Source: Takakia lepidozioides
Lineage: Eukaryota; Plantae; Bryophyta
Direction: 5' to 3'
Length of the DNA stretch: 64,000 nucleotides
NCBI GenBank assembly: GCA_030704615.1
Contig: CM060733.1
Coordinates: 73,966,001 to 74,030,000 of the forward strand
The notes under the pieces were generated by a model that had not been told where the DNA came from, made no database searches, and saw only the letters and a program-made list of their open reading frames with translations. The position numbers and the translations under genes were made by a program. Numbering within the stretch: position 1 is the stretch's first letter; each line of letters starts with the position of its first letter. Positions 1-11,515 of this stretch are shown piece by piece.

Positions 1-136
1 GCATAAATTACTTGTAGGGTTCTTCACTGAAGTTTGCGGTCTCTTTGCTTTTATTATAGATTTTGCGTTGGCGGAAAGAAATGTAGGGAAGGACAAGCAG
101 TCTGAACACAATGATTTTTCAAATCGTCAATATATT

Positions 137-2384
137 TCATAAGTGTTTCAGAACTGTACAACAAAAGGATCCAAATGAGACTTTGCTATGGTGAGGATCC
201 GCTATCACTGTCCGATGCCTCCCCGCCCTCATGCAAGGATGGCTGCCTTCCACCTGCCTCGAACCTGCACTGCCGCTACCGCTGTTACTCTGAGAAGCCC
301 TCCCCTCAAAAATACCATCCTCACCGCCGGAACTGTCCACCGGGGTGCGGAAGTCTCCTCGACATTCCCCCTGCTCTCGGACGCGGATTCTATTACGAAC
401 TTCCCTACTCTTGCCTTTCACAATTCTATGTTGGCCTCACGCCTCATTATAATTCTCTGCTCATTCCCGTATGTCAAGGCTCTACCGAGTAGGCCTATCC
501 TCCCTCCTGATGGCTTCTTGGCAGCAGTTGTCTGCAATAGGCTGGTGAGAAAAAGGGCTTCTGGGGACTCGCGAGAGAAACGATTTTCTGGCAAAGAATG
601 GCCGATGCGATTCTGTTCCTCCTCTGCAACAGGGTCCGATTTGAGCAAGTCTCCCAGCTTCTCCTCGTCGGACGACTCTGCAAGGCTGAGTTACGCACAC
701 AAACATAGAATGAAGTACATTAGAGAATAAACAGGGAATCATCGGCAGGTTGCATGGTCCTACAACCGAAACCAATACACTTACTATGGTGCAAACTCAC
801 TCGAAGACAGGCATTGGGGGGGGGGAAGCGGCTTCGGGCGCCCCTGAATCGAACGAATTTTCCCGGACTTCCTCCTCTTCATCTTCCTCCTCTCCTTCCA
901 CGTCCTATTCTGCGTTTTTTGGGATCCTCAGTCGGAGGCAGACGCTGAAGGCCCGCCAAATTGTAATCGTAAAAGGCCGTATCCCTCAAATGAGAACACA
1001 AATCGGTTCGACACATCCTTCCCGCCCACATACAGGCACCTGCGAATTCATACGACAACCACAACCAAAACTCAAGAATGAGTCGCTTCCTCGCACAAGC
1101 AAACAATACAGAAACGGAAATGGTGTCAATTTCAGTGCCGCATTCAATTAACGTTCTCACCTGTATTTGCAGTGACGTCAAGGACCCTGCCTTCAACATC
1201 CGTACACGTTTCCCATGAGCGTCTGGATGAATGCAGGACTCCTGGTCCTGCCATACCTCCATGGCTTGCCCGACAAATCACAAAGAATGTCCTTCTCTCC
1301 ACATGGTTGAACAGGACGTTATACTCCAGTGGATCAACTGTGGAATCAAAAGTCTTCCTGCTTCACGTAATTTGAATTCGAATGTTCCTTCACGAAGCAA
1401 AATGCCTGAAAGATAAGAGTCTGCAGAGAAGGAAATGAAAACGTCAGAGGTGGCCTACATGTAACAGGGGGCAATTTTGGCCAGAAATTGACATAGCAGA
1501 GGAGAACCACAGCATACCTTCTGGCCATCGTTGAGAAGACCCTGCGTGTTGATGCAAGTCCAGAGATCTTTTTCAGGAGGGTGCTGCACTTCTCCCCGTC
1601 CATACTTTGATATCATTCTCAGTGACTTCTCCATCGGCTGCTAGCCACAACAACACAGCCAACGTCGTCCAACATGTGGCTGCGAACCCGAATGTGTGGC
1701 TCCAGTATCGTTCGTCGTACTTGTTCCACCAGGGAACTGAGCCCAGCCCCAGTATCTCTGCCCATCCGGGATATCCACAAGGATAATGTCGATGGAGGCT
1801 TTCACCGCCCTGCCCCCGACTGTGCTCTTTTTGCCGTGGCTCATCGCCACAAAATACTCCATCATCTTTGTGTTAGCCAGGAGTGTCCTCCATATCATTG
1901 CCAGTGGCCTTCCTCTTCCCCTTCCCCTGGTGGGCCTCGATCGCCTTCCTCAAACTCGTTATCTCCAGCCTTCTTGGTCAGAGCAGTTAGGAAATTTTAT
2001 AACACACTCCACAATTGTGGGGGTTTGAGACTCCCTGCCGCAATCTGCACCGCACGTAGGTCTGCAAGGTTGCATCCTGTATAGTGATCTCTTTGCAGCC
2101 GACCCCCGGAGCGCTGGCCTCTTGTGAATTCGGACGAGGGTGGCCCCCTGGGTGTTTTCCGGCTGGAAATCGGTCGTTCGAATCCTCCTCATCTGGCTGA
2201 ATGTTTTTGCTGCGGATTCTTCTTGGGTGTGGGGGTCTTCGTATCTTGCCCCTGTTTGCGCGTTCTTTTCTTCCTGTCCTGGGGCTGCTCAGCTGCCTGC
2301 TTCTCCATCTGCTCCTTCGCCAACGATCCGCTTGGCTGACTTTCTCAGTGCTTCTGGCTTGGCTTGCCTCCTCTGCCTTTTCAG
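137..2384 (-). pseudogene. 3' part of a spliced, frameshifted gene: basic linker followed by a beta-class amino-(N6A/N4C) methyltransferase-like fold; homolog of the ParB-domain gene at 53085-56843
   Basis: Minus-strand reading with frameshifts gives KKRTRKQ..TPKK, PPTIVECV..FLTALTKKAG, IDIILVDIPDG (1790-1761), VPWWNK..FGFAA.MLDDVGCVVV, GKPWRYGRTRSPAFIQTLM.ETCTDVEGRVLDVTANT|GACMWAGRMC.NRFVFSFE.D. GT-AG introns lie at 1517-1421 and 1160-1040. The 3' end is approximate. Confidence 0.65.
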
Positions 2385-2884
2385 NNNNNNNNNNNNNNNN
2401 NNNNNNNNNNNNNNNNNNNNNNNNNNNNNNNNNNNNNNNNNNNNNNNNNNNNNNNNNNNNNNNNNNNNNNNNNNNNNNNNNNNNNNNNNNNNNNNNNNNN
2501 NNNNNNNNNNNNNNNNNNNNNNNNNNNNNNNNNNNNNNNNNNNNNNNNNNNNNNNNNNNNNNNNNNNNNNNNNNNNNNNNNNNNNNNNNNNNNNNNNNNN
2601 NNNNNNNNNNNNNNNNNNNNNNNNNNNNNNNNNNNNNNNNNNNNNNNNNNNNNNNNNNNNNNNNNNNNNNNNNNNNNNNNNNNNNNNNNNNNNNNNNNNN
2701 NNNNNNNNNNNNNNNNNNNNNNNNNNNNNNNNNNNNNNNNNNNNNNNNNNNNNNNNNNNNNNNNNNNNNNNNNNNNNNNNNNNNNNNNNNNNNNNNNNNN
2801 NNNNNNNNNNNNNNNNNNNNNNNNNNNNNNNNNNNNNNNNNNNNNNNNNNNNNNNNNNNNNNNNNNNNNNNNNNNNNNNNNNNN
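2385..2884. other. 500-N spacer (contig join)
   Basis: Run of N of the same length as the other two gaps. Confidence 0.98.
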
Positions 2885-4783
2885 CTGAGTCTCCGGTGTC
2901 AAAGCAACGCGCTTTCCTTGGTCTCTTGAGCTACTGGCTACAATAATTCGGGCATTCTTTGTACGACATCTTGAGCTTCGGGAAGCGTGCATCACCACAG
3001 AACTGATAGATTGCGACGAGGAAGAAGTAAGGATGTTTGATCCCATAAAGTCGGCCTGCAGACATTGGTGCAAAGGCCCACAATCTCTGTCGCTTGCAGA
3101 GTTAACTCTGTGCATTGACACATTCGACTCCATCCTAGGAGAGTTAGACGGCCTGTGAGATAAAGACACTCTTGCATTATGGCAGAAGTGACTCTTGGAA
3201 ATAAATCCAATCTCCAGCGTGCCGAGAGGACCGGCCTTGCAAGAGAACTCGAGGGCCATGACGCCGACAAGTTAGCAGAAACCGATGTGTTCGCACAGCT
3301 CTCTATCACCTACACAATCTCTGCTGGTCTTGTCTCCCGAGACCTCCTTGTAGATCTGGTGAGCGTGGCGATACGTTGCTTACGTCTCTTCAACCAGAAG
3401 GGAGACTAACCAGCCAATGTGTCATGTAACTACACAGCGTCTCGGCCTCCGTCATTTCGAATGCCAGGACAGGAATTTGGAAATTCGTCCCTCAGCATTC
3501 TAACGTGTACTCAGCTCGCCAAGGATTCTTACTTGGATAAAATCATATTTCAGGAAATTCAGTGATACGAAATCTCCATATCCAGGCTGAAAAGGACGCT
3601 TGTGATCCAGAAGCAGGGCAGGGAATGGTTACATCCGAAGTCTCAAACTGGCAACACGAGCTAGGGCAGGCGCACCTTGGCTGAGGGTAAGAAATGCGGT
3701 TTACAAACCACATGAAACCAGGCATAGCTCACGTCCCTTTGCCTGACAGCCATCCGGAACATCAGAAACGTATTCCAGAATGCTACTGTAGCCTACTCAT
3801 TCAAATGCAGATGTCGAAACAAGCACCGATACAGAAGCACAAAGAGAGCAGAATCTACCCGCTCCGTGGGCTACAGATAGAAATCGGATGCGAAAAAATG
3901 AGAAACATCGACACGCCACAGACCTCAATGGCAGAGCAAGGACTTTTTGCATCACCATTTATACATTAAGAACCATATAATCTTCTTCTAACCGCTTCTT
4001 CCAAAAACCATAGGAAGCCCCCGCAAAGCCGGGAGAGGATCACGTCCTGCACTGCCCTCCTCTCTTCAACTATTTCACCACCCCGCCACTCTAACACCTG
4101 TAATGCGCCAGCCAGACATTCATTGGCTGGGGACATGCCCATGGATGGGATGGGCCCCACTCTATTTCGCAGATATCTGTTCTATAGTTTTACATGCTGT
4201 GACTTCAAGTCAAGCTTGCTCCGACTCAAATCCTTCAAGCTACATTCAGTCAGCCTGGTTTCACTCCAACAATTCACGGTTCGTGAACGAAAGGTTCCAT
4301 GGTGGCCAAATATACCGAGGGCCTGCTTGGCTCTCGGAGGGTGTGAGGTTGAGCTCAGATTGTGGGGCGCCATGATAGGGCATGCTCGTGTCCGAACCGA
4401 TAAGATATACTCTCTTGCTTTTGTTGGCTCTGTAAGCACGGTGACAAAGCTTCAGCTGCGTTCTCCACTGTTCCCATATGTTCCCAGCTTATGCTCCCAA
4501 CGCAGGAAGGGATGATCCATTGTGACGCCTTAAAGGCATATGGAATAAATATCAAATGCTGGTGGAATCAAACATCATCTACCACCCTCGACACATCATC
4601 TACAAACCATCTGACTCTTCAAAACCCCCCCCCCCCCCCCCCACTAAATCAACCACTAGTGGTTGTAGATTTATTGATGGTTGATTTAATGGGCAAATAG
4701 TGTGCTTAGGTGTACCAAATGCCCACGTCTTCATCCCATTTGTTCATCAAATATTCTCTAATAGGCTGTAAGTGACGTAATAG

Positions 4784-6440
4784 CTATGAAATGCAAGGTG
4801 CTAGGAGTAGGGTGGTGTATTTTAACGAAAGTTTGAGGTTTTCTTTGAGAATTTGAGTGTTGTGGCAATGTACTCCCCCTCTACCGGCGGTAATGATAGT
4901 CAAAGGGGCGGTGTTCCATCCATGGTGACAAAGGGCTAAAATGAGTGGTTCATATTTTTCACGTTTATACATAATTGATTGGTTAGGGTCTCTATCTTGA
5001 CAAAATGCAGATTCTATTACATGAACGGTGAGGTAAGGATGTGGACTTGTTGGTATTGTTGACGAAAAAGGTAGTCCATGGATAAGTAGAATATCAGGGC
5101 ATAACCTTGCTAGACAACGGAATAGAGACATGTGCAGGGTAGAAGCCATGGTGGTTAAAACGTGCCTACATTGATGAGATTAAGCCAGCTGGATTTAAGA
5201 TGTGCTAGAAGAAGTTTTTGAATATGCCAAACTCATTGGTTATGTTTGGTTATATGTAATCCATGAAGTATGGGGTGCTTACAATAGAGATGTAGGTATG
5301 GCCATGTGTCTACTTTGGGGGTTGTGCATGGCATAATGTGTGTCGTGTGCATATGTAACGCTGCACAACTACATCGCTATCCAAACCAAAAACTAAACAC
5401 CATCACTTATAAATTACGAGTCAAGCTAAGCACACCCCAAAAGCTATGGGGAATCGGCACTACGCGCGCCATAGCCGACGCGGGAGGCTCAACTCGAGAG
5501 AGTTAAGCCTCATCATTGCCATCTGTCGTGGAGATAAACCACGCCCAGGGGCCAACAAATCTCTTGACCCCTGGGTTGACACTTAAATCAAGCCCAAGTG
5601 TCAATATATAGAAACTATTTATTTATTAGCCAGTTTCACACTACTAGCAAATTAACTTGACATGTGCAATGCTATAATAATGGCCAAAATAGGTTTCTTT
5701 TTTTTATTACCCATGTTGGCTGTCTCAGAATCGTAGTGGTTCTCTGATTTGGGCATGAGTAATTATAGGAGATGTCCAAAAGTGGTTGGACATGACATGC
5801 ATTAGGTGTGGGGAAGATATTCATTTTGATATGCATGAATTTGTGTCGGTGCGGGGTACTTGGATTCATTATTTGGTTTCTTTTGTGCATATGTTTCTAG
5901 ATCCCGTATAGGTGTGATAATCTCACCGTAGTTGAGACGAGCCAGATGGATATGCGTGTGCTAAGTGAATAGGGAGGATTTACAGAAGGTTGCATGGAGC
6001 CGAGCTGAGCCATCTGGCCCGCAATCACATCCTAATATGTGTGAATAGGAGCGAACTTTATATATATGGATTTGTAGCATGAGGGATGAAGTAACTTCAA
6101 TGATTGCTTTAATAAGGTTTAGATTTGGATAGTGTATTTGTATAATAGGTTTAGAGGATTTTATTGGTGAGGTAGACAGATACCAAACTGTTCGTAAATA
6201 GGTAGATTTTTATGGCATCATGGATAACCATGAGTTCTACGCCTGTGATACTTTGGCGTCTTGGGAGTCTTTTGTATGACCTCAAGTTATCTTTAATGCA
6301 GTAAGTTCCATACGTTGCTTGCGCCTCTTCGAGGGAGCCATCTGTATATATGCATTGTTGAGGTGGGAATTTCAGATGAGAGGATGTTGTGAAGTCTAGG
6401 ATCGGTAGTATGTGTGTTGGTGGCAATAGTGCCCAGAGTG
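4784..6440 (-). mobile_element. Degenerate non-LTR retrotransposon 3' part: RNase H, CCHC knuckle and restriction-like (REL) endonuclease
   Basis: CIYTDGS...QSITGVELMVI...FTNS (6426-6151); HCTLCH..DTWPYLHLYCKH..KHN (restored across the solo LTR); PDILL...VHVIE...KREKYEPL..GW (5149-4784). Confidence 0.7.
5341..5662. mobile_element. Solo LTR, related to the LTR at 7535-8262, with 4-bp TSD TGTG
   Basis: TGTCGTG...CTTGACA termini; TGTG at 5337-5340 and 5663-5666; removing it restores the host zinc-knuckle reading. Confidence 0.85.
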
Positions 6441-6718
6441 GCGAATTACAAGAATGAGTGAGGCGTATTTTGTCGCTTTTCTACGATTGAAACATTGGGG
6501 TATCGATCGTGGCATAATGTAAACTCAATAAAGTGGATCGCTTACTGAAATTTTCTTTAGGAACAGAGTTAACATGTACATCTGTCATTTAGATTATCAA
6601 TAAAACCAAGATATTCTTTCTTGTGCCGTGAATTTAGAACAGAATCTGAAAAGGTCTGAGATTGTTTCGCTTTGATAACATCAATGTCGACAATTCTTAG
6701 TAATGAATTCAAAGATTG

Positions 6719-6933
6719 AAAAAGGTTTCTCAACACGAAACTCTTGTCTGTTAGTGAATTGTTCAGAGCACTACATGCTCTTGAACAAATATGGAGGGAT
6801 GTGAACTAAATTTTTTGAAATACTTCGCCGTAACAAAAGAGTTTTTCGACATGAAACTCTTATCCGACTGTGGTTGTGTACAAAAACCTGCATACTTTTG
6901 AAACAATATGGAGGGATACGGACTGAGGGATTT
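6719..6933. repeat. ~120-bp satellite, left part (interrupted by chromovirus)
   Basis: About two units with TTCTCAACACGAAACTC...AATATGGAGGGAT, the same unit as 23509-25205. Confidence 0.85.
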
Positions 6934-7534
6934 TGTCGCGCACCTCACTTCGGTAAGCTCCCCTTCAAGTCATAGTTACTCGCTTTGATGTGCGCGCCTA
7001 ACTCCCAACCTGGCCGCCAGGCCAACTCGGAGCTTCGGCTGCTCACCGGGACATAACGGTCCTTTTTTTTTCCCCCAACAGACCCTCCACCAATTTTGGC
7101 CTAGTGGAAATTCCCTTTGGTAGATGGCAGTCCGGAAAAGCTCCCCACTTCTTGGTCGCTTTCCGGCTCGCTTGCTTACTCACTAGATTTTGGTCACCAA
7201 CGGGCTTGCACCGTTCTCGGGGTTACTACTCCCTATATATACTTTTGTGACTGTCCGCGGGGGTTTCACAAACAACCATGCTATTTTATGGCGAACCACC
7301 ACGAAGACCCTTGATTCCCGGTGATAAGTCGCGGTGAGTCTTGGCCCACCCACCACGGCCCCATTGGACCGTGGTGAGTCCCAAGACTCCCCACGACTCC
7401 CACCACAAGGTCTCTGCCCCATGGTGAGTCCTATGCCATCCCCACTAAGTCCCACTAAGCTACCTCCACCCCTTGTGGAGCCACCCCCACCGCAACTCGG
7501 TGTGCGGGGCTCCACCTAGTGAGCGCCTCCGCCT
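6934..7534 (-). repeat. Element A 3' LTR, part 1
   Basis: Collinear with 22797-23384; interrupted at GCCT. Confidence 0.9.
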
Positions 7535-8262
7535 TGCCGTGCGCATACATATCGCTACACAACTACATATCGCTATCCAAAACCACACAACATATGTGCA
7601 CACCAAACACTAGTCTATCACTAGTCCAACACTAGTGCACCACTAGGCTGCCGCTAGACAACCACTAGTCACCACTAGTGCAACCACTAGTCACCACTAG
7701 TGTAGCCACTTGTCCACCACTAGGCTGCCACTAGCCACCACTAGTGCAGCCACTAGTCCACCACTAGTGCAGCCACTAGTCCAACCACTAGGCTGCCACT
7801 AGCCACCACTAGTGCAGCCACTAGTCCAACCACTAGGCTGCTACTAGCCACCACTAGTGCAACCGCTAGTCCACCACTAGGCTGTCACTAGCCACCACTA
7901 GTGCAGCCACTAGTCCATTACTAGGCTGCCACTAGTCCATCACAATGATAAGAAAAGGAATGATACAAGCATACAAGCTCTCTCAAACTCACACACTCGC
8001 ACATGAAAACATCACTCATATCTTAAGTCAAGCCAAGTGCACCCCACGCCATGGGGAATCCACACTACGGCGCCATAGCTAGACGCGATGAGGCTCAACT
8101 CGAGAAAGATGAGCCCACCGCGATCTGCCATGAAGATAACAACGTCAGGTGCCCAAACATGTATTGGCCCCTGGATTGACACTTGGGTCAATCCCAAATA
8201 TCAATATATAAAAGCTAGCTATTTCCTAGCTAACTTCACACCAGTGGTAAAATAACTTGACA
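7535..8262 (-). repeat. Element B terminal composite LTR containing a CCACTAG repeat array (~7608-7940)
   Basis: Both ends match the solo LTR 5341-5662; its last 37 bp (8226-8262) are identical to 16058-16094. Confidence 0.8.
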
Positions 8263-8264
8263 GC

Positions 8265-8661
8265 TGTCGTGCGCATACATATTGTTACACAACTACATCG
8301 CTGTCCAAAACCACACAACATATATGCACACCAAACACTAGTCTATCACTAGTCCACCACTAGTGCACCACTAGGCTGCCACTAGTCACCACTAGTGCAG
8401 CCACTAGTCCACCACTAGGCTGCCACTAGCCACCACTAGTGCAGCCACTAGTCCAACCACAAGGCTGTCACTACCCACCACTAGTGCAACCACTAGTCCA
8501 ACCACTAGGCTGCCACTAGCCACCACTAGTGCAGCCACTAGTCCAACCACTAGACTGCCACTAGCCACCACTAGTGCAGCCGCTAGTCCACCACTAGGCT
8601 GCCACTAGCCACCACTAGTGCAGCCACTAGTCCATCACTAGGCTGCCACTAGTCCATCACA
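8265..8661 (-). repeat. Second, internal LTR-like copy (TGTGATGG...CACGACA on minus) directly after a PPT
   Basis: Duplicates 7535-7944; AGGGGGGCGAT polypurine tract at 8672-8662. Confidence 0.8.
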
Positions 8662-8921
8662 ATCGCCCCCCTAGCTGGCGCTTAGGTCCCTCTAAGTCTA
8701 GGTAGCCATAAGATGTGATAGTGGCCATAGCCTCACTAGGTCCTCCAGCATTGTCCCTACTACACTCAAACTCAATAGATCAAGAGGCCGGGTACAAGAG
8801 TTGCCCCATCGTTAGTCACCGTCTTGCAACCTGTGAACTTGAGCCTAAGATCTTGGGTATTGACTCCTATGAGCTTGGCCTCCCATGTCTTGTGAGCTGT
8901 CACTAGTCATATCCACTGCCA

Positions 8922-9149
8922 CTATCCCAAGCAGGGTGGACATAACCAATCTCCATCAGGAACCCTCTCAAGAGGTGGTGTCAAGCATCCCATGTGCCAA
9001 CCTCTTGAGCATCGATCACACACCAGCATAGTGGTGACACCACGAGCATACCCACATAGCATGCAACGCAACCCTGCAGGTACCACTGCAAGGTTGGGAT
9101 CTATCCTCCCATCCACATGTGGATGGTGACATGTCGCACAATTACGCAC
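8922..9149 (-). pseudogene. PHD finger at the C-terminus of element B pol
   Basis: CMLC..MLVCDRCSRGWHMGCLTPPLERVPDGDWLCPPC = C4HC3. Confidence 0.9.
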
Positions 9150-10435
9150 ATGGTCCTTTCATACCATGCCATCTCGACCCTCCAGAATTAACACTCCTGA
9201 AGGCAACACCTCCCTGACCCTTAGAATCACACGTCCTGCTGTGACATCCAAGGTCGTAGGCGTTGTTTGCTGCAGATACACATAGTCTCCAGGGTGGAAA
9301 CGCCGAACACCTGGCCGATATCCCCTCCACGTATAGTGGCATACCTCAATGTGTCTCGGTGTTGGGCAATAGCAAGGTTCTCAAAAACCATAGGCATGAC
9401 CCTCTTGAATAACTCTGCCCGCTGGGCACATGCTTGTGTCCACACATCCGGATCATCAAGGTTGAGGACTACTGCAGCCTCCCTGTGAATAGACGCAGGC
9501 AAATCTGGCTCTCGGCCAAAGAGAAGAAAATATGGTGAGAAGGAGGCAAGTGATGCTTGCTTGCTAAACGTGTAGCCCATGGCTAGCCAAGGTACTTGAA
9601 GATCCCAATCTCCTAGGTGTCATTTTTGCAAGCCATACTTGCGCAAACCCTCTTCACCGTCTGCACCACTCTCTCTACCAAGCCATCGGCCTCAAGATGA
9701 TCCCGAGAAGTGGTACGGTGGTCTATTAAGGCTTTATCACACAAAGCCTGAAACCCCCCCCCCCCCCCCCAAGAACTCTCTCCCTTGGTCCGTGAGTACC
9801 TCAGCTGGAGCACCGGATCGGCTAAGCACACGATCCAGGAATGCATACGCAGCCCCCTCACTAGCCTTGTCAGGCAATGGAACCAACTCAATCCACTTGG
9901 AGAAGTGCTCCACCATCACCAACACATATCTGTGGTGACGCATCGTCAGTGACAAAGGCCCTACGAAGTCAAGACTCCACCTGTAGCCCAATCCTATGAT
10001 GGGTAAAGGATGCAACTGTGGTGTAGGGGCGTTGAATGAAGCACGCACCCTGTCACACACCATGCACCTAGCCACGAACTGTTGTACCTCTGTGTGCATA
10101 CCACGCCACCAATACTGCCCCTGCAGTAAACTATGAGTGCGTCGCACTCCAAAATGCCCCAACTCCTCATGGGCATGCCGCACTAACCGTGCACGCTGTG
10201 TTGGGTGAGGCACGATCCTCACCCGACCATCCTCCCACACTCGAAGCAGGTGTATCCCCTCCCACTTGAACCTCTTGGCTCGTTGTAAGATCCGATCCCT
10301 CTCCTTGGCAGTCACACTAGCTGTCGTGTCTCCAGTGCGGAGGTAATCCAACACAACCGAATCCTCATGTATATCTCTGGCACCACCTGGCTCATCACTA
10401 GCCTCAGGGTCCTCAGACACTACATCTACAGTCAT
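9150..10435 (-). pseudogene. Element B integrase (frameshifted)
   Basis: HEELGH..CMVC Zn motif; WSLDFVGP; TDQGREF; ADGLVER; SPYFLLFGREP. Confidence 0.92.
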
Positions 10436-10439
10436 CCTG

Positions 10440-10580
10440 CTGGTTCGTGCATGGATTGCGACTCAATCCATCCGCATCCCTATTGACCAAACCTGGTCGA
10501 TGCACAACCTGAACATGTCTCTCATGCTCCTCCACCGTAGCACGAGAGGCAAAGCAATTCCTGTAAGCCTCAGGAACCCC
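10440..10580 (-). pseudogene. Remnants of deleted RT/RNase H in element B
   Basis: EAYRNCFA (pre-RT), ATVEEHERHVQ (post-YxDD-like) and VVHRPGLVNRDADGLSRNP (RNase H end) lie within ~130 bp. Confidence 0.7.
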
Positions 10581-10959
10581 CATATACGTCGTCTCTCTCC
10601 TCTAGTGACAATAGATCCAATGTCAGGCTCCCAATTGCCCTTCGTAACTGCAACCTTAAGTCCAGTAGACTTAGAGGTAGAGGACGCGTCCCGTGGTTGC
10701 TATGCCGCAACCTCTGAGCAGTACTCCCTGCCTGCTCAGTCAATGACAAGGCCTCATCCTGCCCCATCATCTCATCCTTGAGGACCTCCTCAACCCGAGA
10801 AGAATCCCCAACCTCATCCATCACAGCCGTCTTGGCTGCCAACTCCCTTTGAACCTCGAGCACCTCCCACGTGTGCCATGGATGTCTACACTCCGTGGTC
10901 CTCACCGGCTCGCCCCCACTCACTGCCTGTACCGTCTCGGTAGGCAGAGAGACCGTCAA

Positions 10960-11255
10960 GGGAAGTGCACTCCGCACTCTACGTTGCTCAGCCATAGCCA
11001 AGCTGATAATCCAGGTCAAGCAATTTAGATCCATCGCTTGCCCCAACACCTGACGACGTGATGCCTCAGAAAGAGAAGGCACCGCCGTGGTCCCAATGGA
11101 AAAACCCATAGTCCGCTCTTGCTCGTCGGCATTAGGCTCCACTAACTGCTACAACTGAGCATCCCATAGGAGGCCAGGTCCGCTATCCGGAAAGCATGCG
11201 ATCCTGGGAAGCTGAGCAGTGTAGGTAGTGCTGCTTGTGGTCGACCCACCTTGTT
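10960..11255 (-). pseudogene. C5 DNA methyltransferase C-terminal part (variable region, motifs IX-X)
   Basis: NKVGRPQAALPTLLSFPGSHAFR...EPNADEQERTMGF...RRQVLGQAMDLNCLTWI. Confidence 0.8.
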
Positions 11256-11515
11256 TGTCTGTAGTTTGTGGATATCAGCAGGCCTTGCCAGGAGACATTT
11301 CGTTGCTGGGGGCGCAGGATTTGGAGCGGGTTGGCTCCATTGATTTGGTAGTGGCAGGTTGGCCCTGCCAAGGGCATTTATCAGCCGGGCATGGCAATGG
11401 ATTGCGAGACTCGAGGTCGGGTCTGGTTTGGAAGATGGTGCGGGTTTTGCGCCACTTACAGCTTCATCAAGTTGTATCTCCAGCATACATCTTGGAGAAT
11501 GTGCCACTAATGGGC
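11256..11515 (+). pseudogene. C5 DNA methyltransferase catalytic core (motifs IV-VI), inverted relative to its element
   Basis: GDISLL...IDLVVAGWPCQGHLSAGHGNGLRDSRSGL...YILENV. Confidence 0.9.

Noticed and set aside
1-2384. LINE ORF1/APE endonuclease
   Set aside because: Spliceosomal introns and homology to the ParB gene's last exon explain the region better
2140-3259. Long ORFs spanning N runs (also 25875-26459 and 41384-42003)
   Set aside because: Artefacts of translating N
2885-4560. Possible degenerate coding sequence
   Set aside because: No motif I can recognise and the frames are broken; left unannotated
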